Of a DNA stretch of 54,739 bases, positions 25,211 through 36,700 are shown one piece after another (positions within the stretch are counted from its first letter, which is position 1; every line of letters begins with the position of its first letter). Source of the DNA: Ginkgo biloba (Eukaryota > Plantae > Ginkgophyta); assembly GCA_024626585.2 (NCBI GenBank), contig JANKJI020000004.1, positions 41,398,116-41,452,854 on the forward strand. The letters are read 5' to 3'. Both the position numbers and the translations under genes were made by a program. Below the pieces are notes generated by a model, which was given only the letters and a program-made list of their open reading frames with translations, ran no database searches and was not told the DNA's origin.

Positions 25211-28200
25211 TGTAGAGTAGAGAAAAGATCTTCTCCTCCCATCTCAATAGAAATGGTTGGCCCAAGTAGCTAGGAGGCATAGGGCTATTCACTAGAGTAC
25301 CTCAAATGCATGGATGCATGTGTGAAAGGTGTTTTGTGTGAAAATAGATAGGTGAAATATAATGCATATAAGAAAGTAAACAAATAAAACCCCTTTGTTC
25401 ATTGATTAAGTAGTGAAAAATAGATGTGAAGATCAAGTTACCACCTCTTTTTCTTTCCTAGTTATGCGATGCAATGCAAAAATATAGAGATGAATCTTTA
25501 TTTGATTTCTTTTCAAAGGAATAGGCCAGAACCCATCCTAAGAAGGGATCTCAAAGATGAAATCCTGTTAAGGATTTCATAAAATCATGATGATCTCCCA
25601 GAAAGTGTGAGAGGACTAGATTCTTGGTAAAGAATCTAGATGAGGTTGAATGACCTAGATTATGTGCATTGCGAATGATTTACTTAACTGTTTAAGATAA
25701 AGAAAAAGAATAGGCCAAAGCCCATTCTAAGAAGGGATTTTAAAGATGAAATCCCATGCAAACCCTTAGGAGGACACAAATATCCCCTGGAAGGTATGTA
25801 GAGACTGGATTCTTTAACAAAGAATCTAGATGAGGCCGAAAGACCTAGAGATACAAGTGAAATATTTAATCTTCTCAACACAAATAGATGAATATGCTTG
25901 AATGCAGAAGGAAAATATAACATGTCCACTAAAATAGTCAATCCATATGCAGGTAAGGTCTTTATTGCTACTTAGAGAGACTCAATGCCATGCTAGTGAT
26001 CAAGGGATGCCTGAATGGGATCAGAAGGGAGTTGCACCCCATAGACCTTTTCTCAGTAGGACTTGGCAAGATGGACTCCTGAATCTTGAAAAAGATTCAT
26101 AAAATAAGTCCATATATGATCTATAGGGAAGAATAAACCTAAATATTTATAGGAGTGAGGAATACCACTTCTTGAGCCATATAAGTTGTCAAGAAGATGA
26201 TACCCAAAAAATAATTTAAACAAAAAGATGAACATAAAATAAGAAAAGCCAAATTCTTTTCCATTTTTCCTCGTTTAGTTTTCTAAATTTAAATGAAAAA
26301 TGAAGCATAGTTTATTTCTATTTATATTCATATTTAGAAAAAAATAGAATTGAAGATTTAGAACAAGATGCTCCAACCTGTAAGAAGAGTTTTTTGTGAA
26401 GGTGATGCCACCTAATCCCGATCGCGTGGTCTCCAAACACTCTAAAAGCCTTGAAGAAGTCTTTAAACCTTAAAATCTCACTGAATTTATGATGAAGATA
26501 GAGAAAAAATGATGGCATATAGGGACCTAATAGAGAAATGGAAGAGAGAATAAGGTTTTGAACTGCTAAAGGTAAGGGATCTTCAAGCTAGGGTTTTGCA
26601 ATGCCAACATAAGGGGCCAAGGCCAAAAAGGGAGTGTGAGGATTAAAATGAGGACTCAAAATAAGATTGAGACTAAGAATTGGAAGGACATTAAAGCTAA
26701 AATTGGACAACATAACTTATCTCTATGATTCTCCCCCTAAAACCTCAAATATAGTCTTATTTATAAAGGGAAAGATTAGTTTTAAAGAGAACTATGACCC
26801 TACAGATGATTGAAACCTATTTAAATCTAATGGATAGATTTTTGGATAGTTAGATAGTTGAGGGTGAACCTAAGTTCATTGGGAATTTCCTTAATTGTCT
26901 AATTTTATTTTTATTTTATTTTAATTTTATTTTTTGATAAAAAATAATTGCCATCACTAATTAGCGTGTGATTACAAAGGTTGTTGTGCAATAGTATATT
27001 TATCAATAACGTCATTAATTTATAGTCATAAATCAACAACATAAAAAATGCCATAGATTCTTAAAGATTTGAATATAGGAAAAGTGTATGGGAGGTAGGA
27101 ATTGGATCTTTTGAAGTGTGTGAGGAGGCAATCAAGTTTGGAGACTTCATCGATAACTCTTAGAAGTGTTGAATACCTTCACACAAACAAGGTTAGGTAG
27201 ATTATTTTATTGATTACGATAAAATAATTATAGAGGGGTGTTGAGAAGTGCGATTATTATTTAAATGATCTTATTATACCCAAAATGCTATCTCAAGAGT
27301 CGTAGGTGATCTCTCCTTATATACTTTTGATCTATAAGACCCCCAATTTGTATTATATTTTGCCTCCCACTTAAGATTAACTTGTTGGGGAGAGATATTA
27401 TTGTGAATTGAGTGTCAATGTCAAGAATCCAACTAGTACTATCAGGAACTTGAGTAATGTTGGAGGATCAAGTTGACTAGGTAATCAACATATGTGTTGA
27501 GATCTTTATGTATGTGTTATATATGGACAATTAGAAATTCTATGAGAAGAGATATGGTTGTAGTTGCATAGATCCGTAGTGTTAGATGTGTGACTTCCCA
27601 AAGTTGGTTGAGTTGATTAACCACAAGAAGGGAATTTGTGAGAAGGTTGGAATGTAAGAGCATCAGTGAGGGAGCCAATGACCGCACCATATTCAATAAT
27701 ATTATTAGTAGCATGAGGCAGAAAAAGGATAGAATTAATCGAGTCATTTCCCAAGTAGGTATTAATAATTTAGGTAGTTGTTGAAGGGCCCATGTTTCCT
27801 CTACTTCCTTTGTCTATAAATATGATTAAAGGTTCATTAAGCACTAGTTAAGCCATCAATCTAGATTAAGAGGTTGTCTGAGATTTAGAGAGAACGAAAA
27901 ATTTTGGGAGTTTAGTTATCTTTGTAGAATGTTTCACCCATTGGTCACATCCTATTCAAGCTTGTGCTCAGTTGAATTATTTTAGACTTTCTCCTATTTT
28001 AAAATTTTAAGACCTCAAGGATAATAGTGATATAAGTTGGGATTTTATTTGAGCATTTTTAATTTTTTGATCCCGACGACTTATTTTAGATTTTTTCTCA
28101 TTTTGGAGTTTTAGGACCTCAGAGGTAATAGAGATATAAGTTGTAATTTTTAGGGCTATTTATTTGAGCCTGTTAACACCGGAAAACCCCACCACGCACC

Positions 28201-29270
28201 CGTCGACACGCGACGGTAGAAATCCGCGTCAACAACCTCGATTTTTAAATTTTTAATTNNNNNNNNNNNNNNNNNNNNNNNNNNNNNNNNNNNNNNNNNN
28301 NNNNNNNNNNNNNNNNNNNNNNNNNNNNNNNNNNNNNNNNNNNNNNNNNNNNNNNNNNGGTTTCATGGTCTCCAAACTCTCCAAAATCCTCAAAGAAGTC
28401 TCCAATACTTAAAATCCTGTTGAATTTGTGATGAACATAGAGGAAAGGATGGCATATAGGGATCTAACAGAGGAATGGCAAAAAGAACAATGTTTTGAAC
28501 TGCTAAAGGTAAGGTATCCTCAAGCTAGGGTTTTGGGTACAAGGCCAAAAAGGGAGTGTGAGGATTGAAATGAGGACTCAAAACAAGAATTAAGGCTAAG
28601 AAGTGGAAGAAAATTGAATCTAAATTTGGACATCATAACTCAGATCTCTAATTCTCCCCCTGAGACCTCAAATATAGTCTTATTTATAAAGGGGAGGATT
28701 GGTTCCAAAGAGAACTTTAACCTTATGGATGATTGACACCTCACCGAATCCAATGGCTAGATTTTTGGATAATTAGACAGTTGAGGGGAAACCTAAGTTC
28801 ATTGGGAATGTCGTCAACTGTCTAGTTTTCTTTATTTATTTATTTATTGAACAAAAATGGCCAATGTCATTAATTAGCATACGATTATAAAGGACACTAT
28901 GTAATAGAGTGCATGTTAGCAACGTCACTAATTTATGATTGTAAATTAGTGACATGGAAATTCCCATAAATTTCAAAAGTTTTGAATATATTAAAGTGTA
29001 TGGGAGGTAGGAATTGGATCTTTTGAAGTATTTGAGGAGGTAACCAATCTTGAAGACTTCATCAATAGCTCTTAGAAGTGTTGAATATCTACACACAAAG
29101 AAGGTTAGGTTGCTTATTTTATTGATTATAGTAAGAGAATTATGTGAGGGGCACTAAGAAGCTCAATTATTATTTAAATGATCCTATTCTACCTAAAATA
29201 CTATCTTGAGATTCATAGATGATCTCTCATTACATAATTTTGATCTATAAGACACCCAATTTGTATTACA
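25211..29270 (-). mobile_element. Nested LTR retrotransposon: 3' LTR 25211-27357 (~2.15 kb), 5' LTR partly assembled at 28359-29270, interior lost in the gap
   Basis: Termini TGTAG...TTACA; exact TSD AAATC at 25206-25210 and 29271-29275. 26425-27357 aligns with 28365-29270 (~80% by eye). PPT GTGGGAGGCAAAA lies on minus at 27358-27370. Confidence 0.9.
27383..28258 (+). mobile_element. LTR-like segment (TGTTG...CAACA, 27383-28234) nested next to the PPT of the previous element
   Basis: 5-bp inverted termini, TATA box CTATAAATA at ~27814, and an internal ~103-bp tandem duplication (27978/28081). The 3' end is homologous to 21036-21100. Confidence 0.6.
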
Positions 29271-30468
29271 AAATCTATTTGTAAAAGGTTCAAAACATTT
29301 TGGGGAGGGTTTTATTTTCTATGTGTCTTTGTTATATGTGAGAAAAGCTAATTATCAATTAGTGACTCTCTTGTAACCACCCTAGAAGAGAGAGTTTCTA
29401 TTAGATAATTGAAGAGAAGAAAGTTTTTGGAACATTCATTTCTAGTCATGATGTAATGTTTGTTTTGAATATAGCTTTTGTTTAAGCTAATTACTAGTGT
29501 TATATTTATTCATCTAGCTATGCCATTGAAGTAAAAATGAATGTAATTTGAGATATCTTACTCTGTGATTAGTCTAATAATTTTATCTAATCAATGTGTG
29601 GTATGGTATTTGGGATTCTCCCGCTTTTGTATTCAAGTTGTTAGTAAGTATTATCTTTTGGATTTCTCCCATTGATATATCAAGATGCCTGGCTATGCTG
29701 ACATATTGATTTTAATAGTAATCATTTTCCCTTAATAGCTAAATTATTAGTAGTCAATCTTTCTTTTCTATATACATCTATTAGTATTAATCCAGACCCC
29801 TTTCCAAATTACTATTTTGTATGTGATATAAATAGTTTTCACTTATTTTAGTATTTTATTTGTTTATTCTTTCAAAATAAGGGATATGAGGTCTTTTGGG
29901 GATCTTCTAATATTCTTTAATATTAAGCCTTTATTCTCCCAAACCCCAAAACCTAGGTACTTCATACAAATTTTTGATATGAGAAAATTTTATGAAGATA
30001 TCTCTTCCATTTGGATCTAGGAAACTTCTTTGTAAAAGTGCATCTTTTTAAAATCGAATAATCAAAGGAAGTCAGTCATCAATGTCATGCGACACTTCAA
30101 CAGTTTCAATATACAACCATTAAATCATGGTATTAGTGTGATTTTGAATAAATCAGTGATTTATATAAGTAGAAACCAATTGTTTAATAAAAACTAATAA
30201 ATTCAAATCTCCTGCTTGCATTGATGTGTCTAGAGTTAGTCAAATTAGAATAATTCTTCAGTCATTACTTTGGGTGATATATTTTAGACTTCATTTGATC
30301 TTGCAATAGTTGTTTCCAGAAAATGAGGCCCCATTTATAGGTCAACAGAATCATGTATTACAATTCTATCACAAAATAATTGAATAGAGAAATAATTTTA
30401 AAATATATTTTAACTTTCTATCACTTACAGACAAAAATTTAAAATCAATTTAAAATAATAGACATATG

Positions 30469-30930
30469 CATGTTGGTCCCATTAGTTTTTATTTCTCACT
30501 ATAATATGAGATAGAGTGGGACCCATTATAATTAATATATTAACTTTGTTGGATCCCCTAATTTGTATTATGAAGAGACAAAAAATATGAGTCAAATTCT
30601 TTGACTTTATAAGACCCCACCATTTCCTATCATTGAGTGACAGAAACAAACTACTTTTCTCTATGGCATAGCAATGCGAGAATATGTGCATGTTGTTCCC
30701 ACTATTTTATGTCACTAGAATACAATATAGAGTAGGACCCATTATAACTAATATATTGAATTTGTTGGGTCCCACTAATTTTTATTATTAATAGACAAAA
30801 AGTATGAGTTATATTCTTTTACTTTATAAGGCCCCACCATTACAATCATCTAGTGATCAAAATAAATTACTTTGCTATGTCACATAGTGACAAGAGAAAT
30901 ATTGACTTTGTTGGGTCCCACTAATTTTTT
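30469..30930 (+). repeat. ~220-bp tandem duplication plus a partial third copy, rich in GGNCCCAC motifs
   Basis: 30469-30688 is colinear with 30689-~30900; TTTGTTGGGTCCCACTAATTTT repeats at ~30761 and ~30907. Confidence 0.85.
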
Positions 30931-33330
30931 TTATCACCACCATTAATTTGAGTTCATCCATAGGAGACTACCCTATGAAAATACCACTATAAGAAATTTG
31001 TGACCATACTTGAATAATTTAATTCCATATTTATGATAACACATTATCAACCACATATTACACTTATCTTAAAAAATAAAATAATAATATGAATGCCACA
31101 TAATAAAATCAATCCAAATGACATCGTCAACTTCTGGTGGGAGAATACCCTTCTTGTAGGAAAATTCTTTTAATTAATCACATATATTCTCCCTTTTCTT
31201 CATTCACCTTAAGTGCATCTTTTTTTTTTTCTCAATTTCTTCCTTGATTAATAAATAAATATATCACATTGCATTATTTACTTATTTGTATATAACTTGT
31301 TTTAAATGGTGCAGATTATATTTTTTAGTAATTATGTTAGTTGCAGCAGTTCATTGAAGAAAATTGGTTCGAGTGACATTAAAATAGGCTAGCAACATTA
31401 GAAGGGCTCCTCTTGATAAATGATAATCACTATAGATCACATAACCTACTAAAATTAAACCAAAGTTTCAAGAAAAGACAAAAATAACATAAACATAAGA
31501 AATACTACAAATTGGCTAATCAAATAAAACACCTATAAGATATTGTAATATATATTCTACTGGTGTCAATTGAATATCAGGAATGATTTTGGTGATTTTA
31601 ATGGAGTGTCATATAGCATATTATTGCATTGTATTATTTTAGATTGCCAGTGAAATTTATTGGCCTTCATTTACCAGAGGATTTTAGAGGTTTTCATGTT
31701 GTTCTGATTATATATGTAACAGATCGTCAATTCAAAAAAAATCTCTCTCAAGCCAGAATGAGTAAGCCATGAGAGATTCCATTTAAGAAAGGAATGGAAA
31801 GGATTTTAATGGAATAAACATAGAATTATAAATTAGTCATAATGCATAGGTGGAGTTGATGGATATAATGGTAAAATTATCTTCACAATGTTGGTGGATG
31901 TAATGGTGGCACTCAGTATGATAAAATGAGCAGCAATGGATATGGAAGCCACAACAAAGGTGAAAATTATGGTGGTGATGCATCATGCTATGGTATCATA
32001 TTTTCTTCTAAGGGTTACTAGAGGAATTAGTATTTAGTGTTGTGCCTCTTTAACTTGTTTTATTTATAGTATCTATAGAATGATATTTGTAGGGAGAGTA
32101 ATTTTAAATAATTCAAGGAAATGGCATATCTCGTAGGCTTGAGTTGTTAAAGTATTTATAATGGACTCTTTAGTAATCTTGGATTTTATAATTTTGATAA
32201 TGTATGACAAGATTTTATATTTATGACCAGAATGCAAATGATATTTTTGGTGTGCAAGTATTGGTTTTTATCTTTTTATTTTTATCTTTCTTTAGGCAAG
32301 GTCCCATGGAGGGGGATAGGATACAATAATTATGGAAGATATTGGTCCTATTCTTCACATTTGAACACTTGGATATTTGTGTTGTTGTAATAGTTATTTT
32401 AAAAATCATTACTATTTCACATGACCATGATTATTTTTTTATGCTCCTACATTTGGTCTACAACCATTGCTTAGAAAACTCATGAATCCCTCCTTCACAA
32501 GACCTCCCTCTTAGTCGGTGGTAGTTATTGAAGGATTTTAAGTTAATTTTTTTTTTTGATATACCTTTTTCATTTTTTATTTATTATTATATACTAGACC
32601 AACCACCCCCTAATTAATACAATCAACTACTTTTTTCATCCTTTTACCCTTTTTGTATTATATAACAAAGAAAAAAATAAGTTAAATTATATATCTAACT
32701 TTATTAATAAAATATATAAAGAGAGATTATAAAAGGATAATGAAATATATTTTATTAATACCTTTTAATTACAATACGAAGAGTTATCCTTTTTNNNNNN
32801 NNNNNNNNNNNNNNNNNNNNNNNNNNNNNNNNNNNNNNNNNNNNNNNNNNNNNNNNNNNNNNNNNNNNNNNNNNNNNNNNNNNNNNNNNNNNNNNNNNNN
32901 NNNNNNNNNNNNNNNNNNNNNNNNNNNNNNNNNNNNNNNNNNNNNNNNNNNNNNNNNNNNNNNNNNNNNNNNNNNNNNNNNNNNNNNNNNNNNNNNNNNN
33001 NNNNNNNNNNNNNNNNNNNNNNNNNNNNNNNNNNNNNNNNNNNNNNNNNNNNNNNNNNNNNNNNNNNNNNNNNNNNNNNNNNNNNNNNNNNNNNNNNNNN
33101 NNNNNNNNNNNNNNNNNNNNNNNNNNNNNNNNNNNNNNNNNNNNNNNNNNNNNNNNNNNNNNNNNNNNNNNNNNNNNNNNNNNNNNNNNNNNNNNNNNNN
33201 NNNNNNNNNNNNNNNNNNNNNNNNNNNNNNNNNNNNNNNNNNNNNNNNNNNNNNNNNNNNNNNNNNNNNNNNNNNNNNNNNNNNNNNNNNNNNNNNNNNN
33301 NNNNNNNNNNNNNNNNNNNNNNNNNNNNNN

Positions 33331-33357
33331 TGTGTGTGTGTGTGTTTAAAAATACAT

Positions 33358-33390
<33 letters not shown>

Positions 33391-33720
33391 CAAATAATCC
33401 TATATATGCATATAGGCATGTATATTATAGATATATGATGTATATTTATAGGTATATGTCTATTCTCATAAATATTTTTGTTGTATATATACAAAAATAG
33501 GTATAACATAAGTGTGTGTGCATGTGTGTGTACACATATAACTATATAATCATAACATATATAATATTAATGTATATAAATATAAATATATAATGATATG
33601 TAAGTAAATTCATGTATATTTCCATATACATCTATATATGTGTATATAGATATGTGCATGCATACTATCATCAATATAAGTGTTTATGCGTGTGTATATG
33701 TTAGATATATATAGGTATAA
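33331..33720. repeat. Compound (TG)n/(CA)n/(TA)n microsatellite and low-complexity tract
   Basis: Directly visible next to the 536-N gap; a similar tract lies at ~52325-52495. Confidence 0.9.
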
Positions 33721-33728
33721 TAACTAGT

Positions 33729-36700
33729 AGTTGTTGACATTCCCATTGGTACTTGAGTTGGATGATGGATAAGGAATAGGTATATAACTCATAAAAAGGT
33801 ACTAACACACCATAATAGTAAGGATTTGATGCTCTTTGGCTTGTGAGCATTGTTTCCCTTATTTTAAAGGAATAAAAGAATATTAAAATGAACTTGTAAC
33901 TATTGAGACTATACTTACAAGATAAGAAAATGGTGCATGGATCACACCAGATAATGTGTGAGAAAGAAAAATGTTAAGAAAATTTCATACCATGACAAAA
34001 AGGTTTACCATTGGAATCATCACATTGGCATGGACAGGCTTTCAATTTAGTAACAAAAGATTTTTATTAAGAAGGACTAAAAGATATGCCTTTGTGAAAA
34101 ATTCAATTACAAAAAAGGAGAATCATAGATATCATCCCATATATTGACCATACAACATTACCAAGATAATCATAGAGGATGGTATATAAAATGATGTTCA
34201 ATTTTAACTTCAATAGTATAACTTGATGAATCAAAGTGTGAATAATAATTCATTCAGTAAGAAAACAAATCTTGTAAGATTACATTACAACATAAATAGA
34301 AATGAGAGAACTTTACTTCCATTCAATTATCCCAAGAAAATTCCCACTTCAAGAGTGAGGTTTATAAATAATTCACTTCTCATTGCAAAAAATATATCTC
34401 TTGTATACAAAATGTTTGAACCCCTAATCATTTGATTTGCCCCTTTTTATAGCTTCTACCTAGAGGGGTTACATAGCCACTCATAAATATTTCTTAATAT
34501 CCTTAATAGTTGGGGGGATAGGCACATTTCTCAACAAAAACACTCTATTGTTCTTTCATTGGTTATATTTTAAAAATTCTTTTTGGGCCAAGTGTATTTC
34601 CTATCTAATTAACATTTGAACCTTGTCCTTAAAGGTGCTCTAGGGGAAGGAATAGAGTTCCTCTTNNNNNNNNNNNNNNNNNNNNNNNNNNNNNNNNNNN
34701 NNNNNNNNNNNNNNNNNNNNNNNNNNNNNNNNNNNNNNNNNNNNNNNNNNNNNNNNNNNNNNNNNAAAAATTCTTTTTGGGCCAAGTGTATTTCCTATCT
34801 AATTAACATTTGAACATTGTCCTTAAAGGTGCTCTAGGGGAAGGAATAGAGTTCCTCTTGGTCCATTTAGATTTTGGAATGGATGAAGAAATGGAATTAT
34901 CCATAAAAGTAGTAAAGGGGGATTGTTTACATTGCTCAATATATACAGTGTCACTAAATGAGGTCCCATAAGGTGTAGATGAGGTATGGAGACTCAGTGG
35001 ATTAGATTGGCATTTGTATGGGAGAAATATGGGAAGGGTCCATAGTTTTTACTATGGGATATTCATGCAAGTCCATTTCAAACACTTATACCTAGATCAT
35101 AATGGGTTTGATAGATTCTAATAGTTCTTATGCCTGTTAAGGACTAGTAAGAGTAGATTTCTCTTAGATATAAGGGGCAATTAGTGGGGCTTGATTATCC
35201 ATGGGATATATTGGCATGGATTCCTCCCTAGGTTACCTAGGGATTTTCCTTTACAAGGTATGTATAAGGATAATTAAGTGAGGTTAGAACCCACTAGGGG
35301 AAATAAGTACTAATGATTTTTCATTGTCCTAGATTATGGCTATCTCCCTGGATTAGTCAACGCCTTAAATTTCTAAGGGATCCATTAAAATTTCTAAAGA
35401 AATTTTTATCTCATGGGTTGGTGCAATCTTTAGGATTTATCTAGTTAGGTCTATTTCCAATAGAAAGAGGCCCCTGGATTCAATCTTACTCTTTAGCATA
35501 TGGTCTAATCTAGTTTTAATTTAAATAATCTCCTAAGTTAGAGAGGATAGGGAGTTCATTGAAGTGGAATAATTATTCTTCTTCTTCAACTTCAGATCTA
35601 GTGAATTATAGAGTGTAATAGAGAGTATTCTTATCTTTACTTATTATGTTCTTAACTTTGTGGATCAATTAAATTGTTATCATTTGTTTTGTGAACACCT
35701 TCTATTTTTGGTCCATAACATAAGATTTGGAAGAGATTATCTCACCATTTTTCTGGCATAAGATTAATTCTTGACTTGCTTATAGGTTTATATATGCTAC
35801 TCTAGGAAATTCATAATACCTTTATTCTAATATGGCCTTGTTTAGAGCTAACCAATTCTGTAATACCACCATTTTTTTTTCCTTGGGACCTAGAGATTAT
35901 TCTAGTTTAATTGTGTTCAGGATGCTCTATTCCATATATTCCTTCAATTTTATAATTTGTTGTCTCAACTGAATTAATCCCTCTTTTGATCAATTAAAAA
36001 TATTAGTTGGGATCACTTTCCAATGTCCAATATCAATTAATTAATTTTACATCTCCTGGTCCTTTTTCTGAATCTCCATATGTAGATCTTTTATAATATT
36101 TTATTTTTGATGTAATTGATTATTTATGGATTTACACTACTCTTGGAGTTGGGACACCTATGTATTCAAGTGAGTAAGTTTAGATACCATTTGTGGAGGG
36201 ATGGGAGATGCAATGTTTTATCCAAATAAATGTACATATGGTCAAATTTTAGCAAGAAAACCCTCATCTAAAGAAGTATATTCTTCTAGGGAAAAAGTTT
36301 CTAGCTCACCTATTTCATTTAACAAAATATATATTTTTTAATTTACTAAGGATTTCTCCTTTTTATCTTGATTGGCCCGAATGATCAACTTGACCTATAA
36401 CTCCTCCTCCTTGGTTGTTAACTCCTAGGCCATACCAATTATTAGTTGACGATTAGATTTATTAGTAATTTAATCATCAGAGATTTATATAGATGGATTA
36501 AAATCACCTTTTTGTTTTCCTTTTAATGTTTTAAGGGAAGGAGATGGGACAATGGTCAATGATAATTCCATGGAGAGATCCATTTTTGTGATATTTTCAC
36601 TCCACTATGCTAAAGAAATTTCCATTGTCATAACTTGGAATTATGAGGAAATAACTATTAGAGGTGACACTAATGAAGGCATGGTTTTTATGACCCCTTT

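Larger units (their letters stand above)
21930..29968 (+). mobile_element. 3' part of a Tat-like element: integrase, long 3' region with tandem array, and a 3' LTR (~25058-25210 + 29276-~29968) split by a nested element
   Basis: Purine tract AGAGAGGAGGA at ~25037 precedes TGTAAG. Removing the 25211-29270 insertion rejoins TATATAGGGGATGAAATC-TATTTGTAAAAGG. The right end is approximate. Confidence 0.55.

Noticed and set aside
34571-34859. Near-exact ~95-bp direct repeat either side of a 100-N gap (likewise 42162-42216/42317-42371 and 50634-50688/50789-50843)
   Set aside because: Each copy ends or starts exactly at a gap in otherwise heavily decayed DNA, typical of unmerged contig overlaps rather than biological duplications.
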